Of a stretch of 54,787 nucleotides of DNA, positions 45,424 through 54,787 are shown piece after piece. Every line of letters begins with the position of its first letter. Positions within the stretch are counted from its first letter, which is position 1. The position numbers were made by a program, and so were the translations under genes. Source of the DNA: Verrucomicrobiales bacterium (GTDB lineage Bacteria > Verrucomicrobiota > Verrucomicrobiia > Limisphaerales > JAQGOY01); NCBI GenBank assembly GCA_028293375.1, contig JAQGOY010000268.1:1-54787 (forward strand). The letters run 5' to 3'. The notes below the pieces were generated by a model. The model made no database searches. It was not told the origin of the DNA and saw nothing but the letters and a program-made list of their open reading frames with translations.

Positions 45424-47388
45424 CTATGCCTTCCCATCCTGCAGGCTGAGGAAATGGGTCGAAGCAGCTTCCCAGCTTGCATTCAGGCGCCCCAGGGTTT
45501 CTTCAAGCTCCATTAGCTCTCTGTTGATTTGGGAGGCGGCTCCACCTTTAGCGTAGGTCTCAGGATTTTCCAGCTCTGCAGTTAATTCCAAACGCCGCTT
45601 CTCCAGCAGAGCGATTTCTTTTTCCAGCTTGTCTACCTGGCTTTTTTTATCTCTCAGCTCCTTTGCTTTCGCCTGCCGTTGTTCTGCTTCCTCACGTTTG
45701 GCTTCCTTGTTGGGAGAAGGTTGGGGCAATGAAGTCTTAACGGCCGCAACTATTTTAGCGGCCGGCTTTCCCACATTCGTGGAAGTCAATGCGGCGCGTG
45801 CCGAGGTCGCGGCGGTTTTATCCAGGTAATATTGGTAATCCCCTTTGTAGTGAGTCAACCGCCCCGCATTAACGTGAACAACATGGTTGCCCAGCTTGCG
45901 GATGAAATAAACATCGTGACTAATGAATACCAGAGTCCCCTTGAATTGATGCAAGGCGTCGATAAGGGCATCGATGCTGGACATGTCGAGGTGAGTGGTC
46001 GGTTCGTCCATCAAAAGCAGATTCGGCGGATCCATGAGCAGTTTTACCAACGCCAACCGGCTTTTCTCTCCACCGCTCAAAACGCTGACTCGCTTAAATA
46101 CATCGTCGCCGCGAAAGAGAAAGCAACCCAGGACAGTTCGAACAAATTGTTCAGTGACGCGTTGCGGTGTATCCAGGCCTTCTTCCAGGACTGTCCTCCC
46201 CGGCTTTAGCATTTCCACTCGGTGCTGAGAGTAATATCCCAACTTGGCATTATGACCCAGCTCCCGATTGCCTCCCTGGATTTCCAGGATTCCTGCGAGT
46301 ATTTTCAGCAGGGTCGATTTACCGGCCCCGTTGGGGCCCACCAGAACGATGCGCTGATCCCTTTCGGCTTCAAAATCCATTCCCTGGTAAATGACATTTT
46401 CCCCATACGCGAAATCCACCTTCTCCAACTTGATTACTTTGAGGCCTGAACGAATTGGCTGAGGAAATTCAAAATGGATTTTTTTCAGGTCAGAGACCGG
46501 AGCCTCGATTTTTTCCATTCGCTCAATCTGCTTGAGTTTGCTTTGGGCCTGGCTCGCTTTGCTCGCCTTTGCCCTGAAGCGATCCGCGAACTCCTGCAAA
46601 TGGGCAATTTCTTTTTGCTGGTTTTTATAAGCTGCTAATAATTGCTCTTCCTGCGCCGCCCGCTGGAGCAGGTAGTCGTCATAATTTCCCCGGTAACGAA
46701 TCAGCGATCCGCTCCTTATTTCCACAATCCATTTTACGAGGTTATTCAGGAATTCGCGGTCATGGGAAATCATGAGGATCGCGCCCGGATAATTATCCAG
46801 GTAATCCTGGAACCATTGCAATGATTCCAGGTCAAGATGGTTTGTCGGTTCATCGAGAATCAGCAAATCGGGCTCCTGGACCAGCAAGCGCGCCAGGTGA
46901 GCGCGCATAATCCATCCCCCGCTCATTTCCCGGGCAAGGCGGTTGAAGTCCTTTTCGCGAAAACTCAGGCCGGCGAGAATCTGCTTCGCCTTGGGCTCCA
47001 GCTGATAGCCGCCCAATTCGTTAAAACGATCCTGGATGATATGGAAGTCGTGTTCCTCATCGGCTGTTGCCAGGCCGTTCTCGTGAGCCGTAATCTTTCG
47101 GCGGAGTTCGTGCATCTCGGGCGTAACCGCCGTGGCAATTTCCAAAACGGTCTCGTCGCCGACAGGCGCACTTTCCTGGGGCAGGTAACCCACCGTTGTC
47201 CCGCGCTCGAAATTGATCAGGCCCGTGTCTGGCTCGTTAAGCCTTAAAAGCAGCGAGAAAAAGGTTGTTTTCCCGGCGCCGTTTGGGCCGACCAGCCCGA
47301 TTCTGTCGCCACGATTGACCTGCAGCGATACATCCTCAAACAAGGTGCGCCCGCCAAATGTTTTACTTACTCCTGATATTGTCAGCAT
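45424..47388 (-). CDS. ABC-F family ATPase (two NBDs, C-terminal coiled coil)
   Basis: Two Walker A motifs (GPNGAGKTT, GPNGAGKST), two LSGG signatures, and a charged linker and tail. Confidence 0.92.
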   Translation of the reverse strand: MLTISGVSKTFGGRTLFEDVSLQVNRGDRIGLVGPNGAGKTTFFSLLLRLNEPDTGLINFERGTTVGYLPQESAPVGDETVLEIATAVTPEMHELRRKITAHENGLATADEEHDFHIIQDRFNELGGYQLEPKAKQILAGLSFREKDFNRLAREMSGGWIMRAHLARLLVQEPDLLILDEPTNHLDLESLQWFQDYLDNYPGAILMISHDREFLNNLVKWIVEIRSGSLIRYRGNYDDYLLQRAAQEEQLLAAYKNQQKEIAHLQEFADRFRAKASKASQAQSKLKQIERMEKIEAPVSDLKKIHFEFPQPIRSGLKVIKLEKVDFAYGENVIYQGMDFEAERDQRIVLVGPNGAGKSTLLKILAGILEIQGGNRELGHNAKLGYYSQHRVEMLKPGRTVLEEGLDTPQRVTEQFVRTVLGCFLFRGDDVFKRVSVLSGGEKSRLALVKLLMDPPNLLLMDEPTTHLDMSSIDALIDALHQFKGTLVFISHDVYFIRKLGNHVVHVNAGRLTHYKGDYQYYLDKTAATSARAALTSTNVGKPAAKIVAAVKTSLPQPSPNKEAKREEAEQRQAKAKELRDKKSQVDKLEKEIALLEKRRLELTAELENPETYAKGGAASQINRELMELEETLGRLNASWEAASTHFLSLQDGKA

Positions 47389-47511
47389 AGTTCTCTCATC
47401 GAACCGGTAACTTATTACAAAAATAGGAACATAAGAGAACTGAATTTTTAAGCAGCACGAGTCGTTGGTTTTGCCTTGTTGGAATACACCGGGTTACGCA
47501 TCCTCTATGAA

Positions 47512-48534
47512 ATGCCTGAAAGAATGGTGTCAGGAGTGCTGACAAAACCGGACACAGCGTTGGAAATGACGCTGAGGCCATCGCTGTTTTCAGATTTTAC
47601 CGGGCAACTAAAAGTCAAGGAACGGCTGGAAATCGCCGTGGAAGCAGCCAGGCAACGAAAAGAAGCCCTCGACCACATCCTGCTCTCTGGCCCTCCCGGC
47701 CTGGGCAAAACAACGCTCGCCAATATTTTAGCCAAGGCCATGGGTGGCACTTTAAAAAGCACCAGCGGCCCAACCATCGAAAAAGCCGCCGACCTCGCTG
47801 GTTTGTTGACCAACCTTGAAGAAGGCGACGTCCTCTTCATCGATGAGATCCATCGCCTTCAAAAAACCATCGAAGAGTACCTCTACCCCGCGATGGAAGA
47901 CTTCAAACTGGATATTATCATCGACCAGGGCCCCAATGCCAGAAGTGTCAGACTCAGTCTCCCTCGCTTTACTTTAATTGGAGCCACCACCCGAAGTGGC
48001 CTTCTCAGTTCGCCATTGTTAACCCGCTTTCCGATTCGCGAACGAGTGGACTATTATACTGCAGAACAGCTGCAAAAAATCGTCGTTCGGGCCAGCAATC
48101 TCCTGGGAATCACCATAGAAGAGCAGGGAGCTGCTGAAATTGCTCGCAGAAGCCGGGGAACTCCTCGCATTGCCAATAACCTCCTGAGGCGGGTGCGGGA
48201 TTACGCCCAGGTCCGGGGTGATGGACGCATTACCTCTTCCATTGCTGACCTCGCCCTCGCCATGCTGGAGATTGATGAAAACGGCCTGGATGAAATGGAT
48301 AAACGAATTTTGGAAGCAATTATTGTAAAATTCGGGGGAGGGCCCGTAGGAGTTTCTTCCCTGGCAGTTGCGGTGGGTGAAGAACCGGACACCCTCGAAG
48401 AGGTCTACGAACCCTACCTGATCATGGAAGGTTACTTGAACAGGACTCCCCAAGGCCGGATCGCCACCGAAAAAAGTTATAAAAAACTTGGTCTGACACG
48501 TCCAACAGGGAACCAGGGCGGTTTGTTCAACTAG
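47512..48534 (+). CDS. ruvB: Holliday junction branch migration ATPase RuvB
   Basis: [42 protein letters not shown]. Trimmed from the TTG at 47476 to ATG 47512. Confidence 0.95.
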   Translation: MPERMVSGVLTKPDTALEMTLRPSLFSDFTGQLKVKERLEIAVEAARQRKEALDHILLSGPPGLGKTTLANILAKAMGGTLKSTSGPTIEKAADLAGLLTNLEEGDVLFIDEIHRLQKTIEEYLYPAMEDFKLDIIIDQGPNARSVRLSLPRFTLIGATTRSGLLSSPLLTRFPIRERVDYYTAEQLQKIVVRASNLLGITIEEQGAAEIARRSRGTPRIANNLLRRVRDYAQVRGDGRITSSIADLALAMLEIDENGLDEMDKRILEAIIVKFGGGPVGVSSLAVAVGEEPDTLEEVYEPYLIMEGYLNRTPQGRIATEKSYKKLGLTRPTGNQGGLFN

Positions 48535-48594
48535 ATTGCCTGGGCGAAAAAAGACTGACATTTCTTTCAGGATAGCGTTAAGTCACCCCGTTTT

Positions 48595-50109
48595 ATGCCG
48601 AAGCGAGCAGACATACATTCCGTCCTTATCATCGGGGCTGGCCCCATCATTATTGGCCAGGCCTGCGAATTCGACTATTCCGGGACCCAGGCCTGCAAGG
48701 CCTTGCGCGAAGAAGGCTACCGGATCGTGCTGGTGAATTCGAACCCGGCAACGATCATGACCGATCCCGAGTTTGCTGATCGAACTTATATCGAACCCAT
48801 AACTCCGGAGTGCGTGGAAAAAATTATCGCACGCGAAGTGGAGGAGTTGAAGAAAATGGGAGTTGACGGCAAGCTCGTCCTGCTGCCGACCCTGGGAGGG
48901 CAAACCGCTTTGAACACAGCCATGGCTTTGCATCGCAGGGGCACCCTCGAAAAATACGGAATCGAAATGATCGGGGCGAACGCCCGAGCCATTGAACGGG
49001 GGGAAGACCGCCAGATTTTTAAAGACCTGATGATCAAGATCGGTCTCGATGTTCCGGTCAGTGGCACAGCGCACAACCTGGAAGAAGCCTGGGCGGTGGC
49101 AGATCGCATTGGCCGGTTCCCGTTGATCATTCGTCCTGCATATACCCTGGGAGGCACCGGAGGGGGTATAGCCTACAACAGAGATGAATTTGAGGTCATT
49201 GCCAAACGGGGTTGCGAACTCTCCCCAGTTTCCGAAATCCTGGTGGAGGAATCTCTACTTGGCTGGAAGGAATATGAAATGGAGGTCATGCGAGACAAGG
49301 CCGATAATTGCGTGATCATTTGCTCCATCGAGAACTTTGACCCCATGGGCGTGCACACAGGCGATTCCATCACCGTGGCGCCTATCCAGACATTGACTGA
49401 CAAGGAGTACCAAATCATGCGCGATGCTTCTTTCGCGGTGATTCGTGAAATCGGGGTGGAAACTGGCGGTTCCAATATCCAATTTGGGGTCAATCCAGAA
49501 AATGGGCGCATGGTCATTATTGAGATGAATCCTCGCGTCTCCCGCTCGTCAGCTCTCGCCTCAAAGGCAACTGGTTTTCCGATTGCCAAGATTGCTGCGA
49601 AACTGGCCATCGGTTATCTCCTCGACGAAATCAAAAATGATCTCACCCGCGAAACACCCGCAAGGTTTGAGCCCACTATTGACTCCGGCGTACCCAAAAT
49701 ACCGCGCTTTGCTTTCGAACAATTTCCACAGTCGGACCCAACTTTGAATACCCAAATGAAGTCCGTGGGTGAAGCCATGGCCATCGGCCGCACTTTTAAA
49801 GAGTCTTTGCAGAAGTGTCTGCGATCTCTTGAAATTGGCCGGAGCGGACTTGGAGGCGATGGTAAAGCCTGGCGTATCGGCACGGATATCTATGAGGATC
49901 GGGCCATACTGCCCCGTGATCTCATTGCCCAAAAATTAAGCATTCCCAACGCAGAACGCATTTTTTTCATCAGACATGCACTTCGTGCCGGTTTCAGTGT
50001 CGATGAAATCTTCAACCTAAGCAAAATTGACCCCTGGTTTTTGATTCAGCTCAAGGAAATCGTCGATTTTGAGGAACTGCTGGCAGCAGAAAAAACTAAG
50101 CGAGACTGA
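48595..50109 (+). CDS. carB: Carbamoyl-phosphate synthase large subunit, N-terminal half only (carboxyphosphate domain plus part of the oligomerisation domain)
   Basis: [30 protein letters not shown]...[30 protein letters not shown]...[12 protein letters not shown], then stop after 504 aa. E. coli CarB is about 1073 aa. Confidence 0.9.
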   Translation: MPKRADIHSVLIIGAGPIIIGQACEFDYSGTQACKALREEGYRIVLVNSNPATIMTDPEFADRTYIEPITPECVEKIIAREVEELKKMGVDGKLVLLPTLGGQTALNTAMALHRRGTLEKYGIEMIGANARAIERGEDRQIFKDLMIKIGLDVPVSGTAHNLEEAWAVADRIGRFPLIIRPAYTLGGTGGGIAYNRDEFEVIAKRGCELSPVSEILVEESLLGWKEYEMEVMRDKADNCVIICSIENFDPMGVHTGDSITVAPIQTLTDKEYQIMRDASFAVIREIGVETGGSNIQFGVNPENGRMVIIEMNPRVSRSSALASKATGFPIAKIAAKLAIGYLLDEIKNDLTRETPARFEPTIDSGVPKIPRFAFEQFPQSDPTLNTQMKSVGEAMAIGRTFKESLQKCLRSLEIGRSGLGGDGKAWRIGTDIYEDRAILPRDLIAQKLSIPNAERIFFIRHALRAGFSVDEIFNLSKIDPWFLIQLKEIVDFEELLAAEKTKRD

Positions 50110-50358
50110 GCTTTACTAATTTCTCTCCGTGATTTTAAACCGTCATAATAGAACGCTTTTCACCAGTATCCTGCTGTCCGCGTTTTTGCTTGGGTATTTC
50201 ACTTCGCTGAATACTGTTTATGTAATGGTCCTCGCAGTGTGCGGAAATTTTATCATTCTCCCCCTTATTTGGCAGGCCATCGAAATGCGCCGAGATCGCC
50301 CGAAATAACCCTTTCGCTATCTGGTTTGGATAGTTCTAATGCCGGTTGAGCCGAGAGC

Positions 50359-50922
50359 TCAGCCCTTTGGAGACGGCGCCGGAATGTTTGTTTTTTCGAG
50401 TGTCTTGTCTATCTGCTGGACCAGCTTTTCCGGCTTCACATCGTCGCCGAGCGCGGCAATAACTTTGTCAGCACATTCCACTCCGACTTGATTTGCGATT
50501 TTTTGGAGCAGGCCGATCATTTTCGTGTTTTCTTGTTCTGACAGCAGATTAATTTGCAAATCAAGGTGGGATCTTCTCTCGCTTATTTTTGCCTGCCTGT
50601 TTTGTGAGATCATGATAAATGCAGACAGAAAAATAGCTTCCAGGGACACAATTAGAGTCAGCAACTGGAACGGATAAGGATCAAAATGAACTTTTGGCGA
50701 GAAAATCGTGTTGCCTCCAATCCAGATTCCAAACCAGATGCCGTGAAGCACCACAAAAAAACTCGAACCGCAAAAGTTGGCCACTTTGTCAGCTAACTTG
50801 TCCGCAAATGTAGCGGTTGACCGAGTGTCTTCCTCCAACCGAATAATCGTATCGATGTTTTTTTGCGTCAGCTCATCGACTCTATTCAAGCCCCTTCCCG
50901 ACAGTTCGCCCTTCCGCTTCAT
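50359..50922 (-). CDS. DUF1003 membrane protein
   Basis: FDPYPFQLLTLIVSLEAIFLSAFIMISQNRQ is the DUF1003 core. Confidence 0.75.
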   Translation of the reverse strand: MKRKGELSGRGLNRVDELTQKNIDTIIRLEEDTRSTATFADKLADKVANFCGSSFFVVLHGIWFGIWIGGNTIFSPKVHFDPYPFQLLTLIVSLEAIFLSAFIMISQNRQAKISERRSHLDLQINLLSEQENTKMIGLLQKIANQVGVECADKVIAALGDDVKPEKLVQQIDKTLEKTNIPAPSPKG

Positions 50923-51019
50923 TTGAGAACTATCTTTTTATCCCCGAGAAGCCGAAATCAGGTTTCCCCCGTCAGAAAACCCGACAAACAACCAAGGGTT
51001 TGCCGCACAAAACACACAC

Positions 51020-53293
51020 CTAAGCCAGATTCACAGGGTCTACATCGATAGTGCAACTGACCTCTTCCGGGAATTTAAAACCCACCAGGAATTCCGCCAT
51101 TTTGTGGCTCAGCCGCACCATGTGCCGGGTTCGAAGCATGATCTGAAAACGATAGAACGTTTCGGCTCTGGCCAACGGTGCGGCGGCCGGTCCCGCAATA
51201 ATTAAATCGTCCAGATCTTTTAACGCTTCTTCAATGGCTTTGCGCAGGTGTTCTGCGGTGAATTGCACTTTCTCCTCATTCCTGCCTTTCAACGTCACTA
51301 GGGCCACGCGGCTGATTGGGGGATATTTCAACTGTTCTCGGAAATCGATTTCCTGCTCATAAAATCCCACAAAATCGTGCCGTCTCGCATACTGGATGGA
51401 CGGATGAAATGGAGTGAAAGACTGCACAAACACTTCACCCTCGACGTCCCCTCTGCCCGCCCTCCCGGCCACCTGGGTCAACAGTTGAAAGGTTCTTTCG
51501 CCTGCTCGGAAATCAGGAATGTGCAGGCTTAGATCCGCGTGGATAATCCCCACCAGGGTCACGTTCGGGAAGTGCAATCCCTTGGCGATCATCTGAGTCC
51601 CCACCAGGATATCAATTTTCCCTGTTCGGAAATCCCCCAGGATGCGGCGGTAGTCGTCCTTCCGTTTAAGCGAATCCGAATCCATGCGACATATCCTGGC
51701 CTTCGGGAACAGGTGACCTAATGTCGATTCCACCTTCTCAGTTCCCAACCCTGAATACCGAATTCCAGGATTCCGACATTTGGGGTCCGGGCAAACTGCG
51801 GGGGCTTTGGTGTCAAAACCGCACACGTGGCAACACAACTTTTGAATTGCCCGATGGTAGGTAAGCGAGACGCTGCAATTGGGGCACTGCGCCACGTAGC
51901 CGCATAAATTGCACTGAAGGGATGTGGCAAACCCCCGTCGGTTTAAAAACAGCATCACTTGTTCTTTCTTTTCCAGTCGTTGAAGAATCGCTTCCTTCAA
52001 TTGATGAGAAAAAATGGGAGGCCCTTTTTCCTGCCGGGCCGCCTGTCGCATATCGACCACGCGCACAATTGGCATTCGCTTATCGTCCGCCCGCGAAGGC
52101 ATCTCTAATAGCGAGTATTTTTTCTTCTGGACGTTGTAAAAGCTTTCCATCGAGGGCGTCGCGGAGCCGAGGACTACGACCGCTCCCTCCATTTTTCCAC
52201 GGACAACAGCCACATCCCGCGCATGGTAGCGAGGTGCTTCTTCCTGTTTGTAACTGTGCTCATGCTCCTCATCCACAATGATCAGGCCCAGTGGATCAAT
52301 CGGAGCGAAAATCGCAGACCTGGCGCCAATCACTATTCGAGCTCTTCCCTGCCTGATCTTGTGCCATTCGTCATGCCTTTCGCCGGATGAGAGGTGACTG
52401 TGCAGGACAGCCACAAGAGTTCGAACAGGTCCTGAAGAAAAACGCGCTTTAAAGCGTTCCACAGTCTGAGGTGTCAGCGAAATTTCAGGAACCAGGACGA
52501 TTGCCCCCTTTCCCTGCTGCAAAGTATGAGAGAGTGCCTGGAGATACACTTCGGTCTTCCCACTGCCGGTAACACCGTGCAATAAAAAAGTTCGGTGAGT
52601 AACATCGTCCGGTTTCGCACTTTTTAAGTTTTCTGCCGGATTTGCCGAAAGCTGCTGCGGCGCATCCAATGCCGCGATAATTTGCTTTAGCGCAAGCGCC
52701 TGTTCTGAGTTTAATTCCAGGGACTTGGTGGGCAGGATAATTTCGTCCGCGTAGGGGTCGCGTTCCGAGATTTCCTGGCCGATGGTGACCATTCCCTTGT
52801 CTTCCAACCGCCTTACTGTTTCTCCCGTTGTTTCGGCTGCTTCCAGTAATTCCTGCAAAGGGTATTGGGGCCGGTCTCGAAGCAAATCCAGGATTTGCTG
52901 CTGCCGTTTTGTGATCTTGGGCAGGAGGGACGGAGCCGGAAGCAATCGAACCATCAGCCGTTCGCGCCAGCCGTCCTTTTCTTTCCGCACTGATTCTGGA
53001 AGAACACTTTTCAACGCTATCTCCGGTGCGCAGCAATAGTACTCGCCAATCCAGCGCGCCAGTGCCAGGACTTTTGGCGTCACCAGGGATTGTTTTCCGA
53101 TTACTCTTACGATGGAACGAAGGTTTGTATGAGTCGACTCCTCCACCAGGGCAGTCACGCACCCCATTACCTCGCGCGATCCAAAAGGAACCTTTACCCT
53201 TGTCCCAATTTCAATTTCCCCAAGAAGGGGAGGAGGCACGAGATAATCAAACTCCTTTCGAAGCGCGATTTCCAGAGTAACGCGGGCAATCAT
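51020..53293 (-). CDS. priA: Primosomal replication-restart helicase PriA
   Basis: GVTGSGKTEVY, DEEH, Cys-rich insert CNLCG...CPNCS...CHVCG. Trimmed from 53497 to ATG 53293 (MIARVTLEIAL). Confidence 0.95.
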   Translation of the reverse strand: MIARVTLEIALRKEFDYLVPPPLLGEIEIGTRVKVPFGSREVMGCVTALVEESTHTNLRSIVRVIGKQSLVTPKVLALARWIGEYYCCAPEIALKSVLPESVRKEKDGWRERLMVRLLPAPSLLPKITKRQQQILDLLRDRPQYPLQELLEAAETTGETVRRLEDKGMVTIGQEISERDPYADEIILPTKSLELNSEQALALKQIIAALDAPQQLSANPAENLKSAKPDDVTHRTFLLHGVTGSGKTEVYLQALSHTLQQGKGAIVLVPEISLTPQTVERFKARFSSGPVRTLVAVLHSHLSSGERHDEWHKIRQGRARIVIGARSAIFAPIDPLGLIIVDEEHEHSYKQEEAPRYHARDVAVVRGKMEGAVVVLGSATPSMESFYNVQKKKYSLLEMPSRADDKRMPIVRVVDMRQAARQEKGPPIFSHQLKEAILQRLEKKEQVMLFLNRRGFATSLQCNLCGYVAQCPNCSVSLTYHRAIQKLCCHVCGFDTKAPAVCPDPKCRNPGIRYSGLGTEKVESTLGHLFPKARICRMDSDSLKRKDDYRRILGDFRTGKIDILVGTQMIAKGLHFPNVTLVGIIHADLSLHIPDFRAGERTFQLLTQVAGRAGRGDVEGEVFVQSFTPFHPSIQYARRHDFVGFYEQEIDFREQLKYPPISRVALVTLKGRNEEKVQFTAEHLRKAIEEALKDLDDLIIAGPAAAPLARAETFYRFQIMLRTRHMVRLSHKMAEFLVGFKFPEEVSCTIDVDPVNLA

Positions 53294-53328
53294 TAAAAGA
53301 TTTGTTTCACCCTGTTGTTCTCGGCCTG

Positions 53329-54123
53329 CTAAAAGGACAATTTCTCGGCAAACGTCTTTAGACTCCGACTCGGGTACCGGGCCATGATGCGGCGCAGCGA
53401 AAGCGGATTGCTCTCTGGCCCGTTGACTCCGAACTCGGTTGTGACAGCTGTGGAATATCCCGCTTCCCGAACAATATCCCGAAGCGGTTCGTTCCAATCA
53501 CCATAAGGAAAACAAAAATGAGCTATCGATATTTGAAACATATCTTCCAGCCGTTTCTTGCTGCCACTGATTTCTTCCTGGGCGTCACGCAGGCTGAGTC
53601 GGCTAAGATGGGGATGCGTGCACGAATGGGATCCAATTTCGTTTCCAGACTGCAACCACTCTTTTATTTGTTCATGACTCATCAAGGGCTCTGCCTTTTC
53701 ACCGACCTTTAAATCCCAGGCATTTGCCTTTCCGATCAAGTCCGCAACAACGTATTGAATAGCTTGAAATCTATATTTCTGAAGAAGTGGCAAGGCGTAT
53801 TCGAGGACATTGAGAAATCCATCATCGAAAGTGAGGATGATTCGTCGATTATTCAATTGCGGCTGTTCCAGATTTTCTGAAAAGGGAACCGTTCTGTACC
53901 CAGCCAGGCTGAGTTCCTTTAATTGGTTCTCAAACAAACTCGCGCTGAGGTAAAGCCCTTTCAACCTTGCGCCAAAAGGTCGCGGCCCGATCTTATGATA
54001 CATAAGAATCGGCAGCCCTGCGTCGAACAAGGGAGCAAACGGGGCAAGCTGAGAGTAGTATTTTGGGACTTTTTGTGCCATGGAACCATTGACGAAGGGA
54101 GGGTAAACCCCGGCCGGGCTCAT
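53329..54123 (-). CDS. Polysaccharide deacetylase (NodB homology domain)
   Basis: ILMYHKIG, ILTFDDGF and GSHSCTHPHL motifs. The start could also be the internal Met at 54081. Confidence 0.85.
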   Translation of the reverse strand: MSPAGVYPPFVNGSMAQKVPKYYSQLAPFAPLFDAGLPILMYHKIGPRPFGARLKGLYLSASLFENQLKELSLAGYRTVPFSENLEQPQLNNRRIILTFDDGFLNVLEYALPLLQKYRFQAIQYVVADLIGKANAWDLKVGEKAEPLMSHEQIKEWLQSGNEIGSHSCTHPHLSRLSLRDAQEEISGSKKRLEDMFQISIAHFCFPYGDWNEPLRDIVREAGYSTAVTTEFGVNGPESNPLSLRRIMARYPSRSLKTFAEKLSF

Positions 54124-54173
54124 GACAAGCAGCAGAAAATTCTTGCCCCACTTCTCCTGGCGGCGTTGACTCT

Positions 54174-54787
54174 ATGAAAATGGAAAGTTTTCTAAAGAAA
54201 CTGTTCGGGTCCAAAAAAGTCTCTGACGAGGGGTTTGTTGCCTCAGCAGCGCTTGCCCCGGAGACACCCGAACAAACCGCAGCCAAAAAAATCATGGCTG
54301 AAGCCCAGTCCCTGTTCGACTCCGGAAACGGCGCCGAAGCCCTCAAGGTCACCCAGAAAGCTGCTGCTGCCGTAGTGGATCTGCCAGGTCTCTATTTTCT
54401 TCAGGGCCTCTGTCTCGACAAGGTGGGACGGCATGTGGAAGCCGTCGCCGCTTTCCGAACTGAACTGGCTTTTCGTCAGGATCACGAAGGCGCGAAAGCA
54501 TGGGAAGCCGCATTGTCGAAAGCACTTTCAAAACCTGTCGTTGCCAGAATACCCACTTCTGAACGCCCCTTCCACACGAGTTTACCGCAGGATACTCTCC
54601 AGCAAATTCAACAATCCCTTCATAATTATCATTATCGAGGGATCCCAATGTTGAAAAATCCATTCGACGTCGCTCTCTACCCCATGTTGATTTGGAAGAC
54701 TAAACCCCGAACAATCATTGAAATCGGTTCAAAATCCGGAGGCAGCGGCCTTTGGTTTGGAGATGTCGTCCAGAACTTTGGATTGGA
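54174..54787 (+). CDS. TPR-like + CmcI/cephalosporin-hydroxylase-like SAM methyltransferase, 5' part (runs off the right edge)
   Basis: Not in the track. My translation from ATG 54174 gives MKMESFLKKLFGSKK...YFLQGLCLDKVGRHVEAVAAFRTEL...YRGIPMLKNPFDVALYPMLIWKTKPRTIIEIGSKSGGSGLWF, which resembles the CmcI family (PF04989-type) N-terminal core. Confidence 0.6.
   Translation, partial: MKMESFLKKLFGSKKVSDEGFVASAALAPETPEQTAAKKIMAEAQSLFDSGNGAEALKVTQKAAAAVVDLPGLYFLQGLCLDKVGRHVEAVAAFRTELAFRQDHEGAKAWEAALSKALSKPVVARIPTSERPFHTSLPQDTLQQIQQSLHNYHYRGIPMLKNPFDVALYPMLIWKTKPRTIIEIGSKSGGSGLWFGDVVQNFGL

Noticed and set aside
50129-50308. 59-codon GTG-initiated ORF (or 27 codons from ATG 50225) encoding two hydrophobic stretches (...SILLSAFLLGYF...VMVLAVCGNFIILPLIW...) right after the carB stop.
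   Set aside because: It is too short, has no ribosome-binding site and has no comparative support. It is noted only because it sits at the carB truncation point.
1-54787. Scan for CRISPR repeats, tRNA/rRNA genes, IS elements, integrases, toxin-antitoxin pairs, and known defence or phage genes.
   Set aside because: I saw no regularly spaced direct repeats, no tRNA T-arm signatures outside coding sequence (the GAATTCGAACC at about 48738 lies within carB coding sequence), and no transposase, integrase or defence-domain motifs in any frame. The window looks like core chromosome. Tool-based scans (tRNAscan-SE, Infernal, PADLOC/DefenseFinder) would be needed to be certain.

Overview
The window reads as a contiguous chromosomal segment from a PVC-superphylum bacterium. 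Verrucomicrobiota-like is my guess, based on the many GYF_2, DUF1080, TAT-signal Gfo/Idh/MocA, ECF-sigma and beta-barrel-porin-2-like genes; this is an inference, not a search result. It spans the dnaA region and is mostly core genes: dnaA, metF, ileS, ppnP, ruvB, carB, priA and an ABC-F ATPase. It also holds an 11-gene, tightly packed urea-uptake/urease cluster (urtABCDE-ureABCEFGD, minus strand, 29638 down to 19014) with a candidate sigma-54 promoter, a convergent His-rich Ni-permease-like gene and a divergent outer-membrane porin. I recognised no rRNA, tRNA, CRISPR array, transposase, integrase or phage gene. Several long ORF-track entries are antisense shadows or upstream start extensions, and I trimmed the starts. 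Two genes absent from the track run off the window edges: a DUF4350-like gene at 1-615 (-) and a TPR + CmcI-like methyltransferase at 54174-54787 (+). The best candidates for an undescribed system are listed in order. (1) A translationally coupled minus-strand operon (4479 down to 1) in which three consecutive membrane proteins carry Cys-rich zinc modules, two of them with identical spacing, followed by a polytopic DUF4129-like protein and a DUF4350-like protein. (2) An orphan UreF-like protein upstream of a stand-alone Na+/solute symporter that is start/stop-overlapped with a NarL-type sensor kinase, a response regulator and a CheY-like protein. (3) A carB gene that stops cleanly after about 504 codons, giving the N-terminal half only. 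The remaining observations concern regulatory DNA: a perfect 16-bp palindrome, DnaA-box-like clusters upstream of dnaA, TGCACC repeats and competing hairpins in the porin leader, and an 11-bp intercistronic hairpin between urtA and urtB. All domain calls come from reading motifs by eye; no database was queried.
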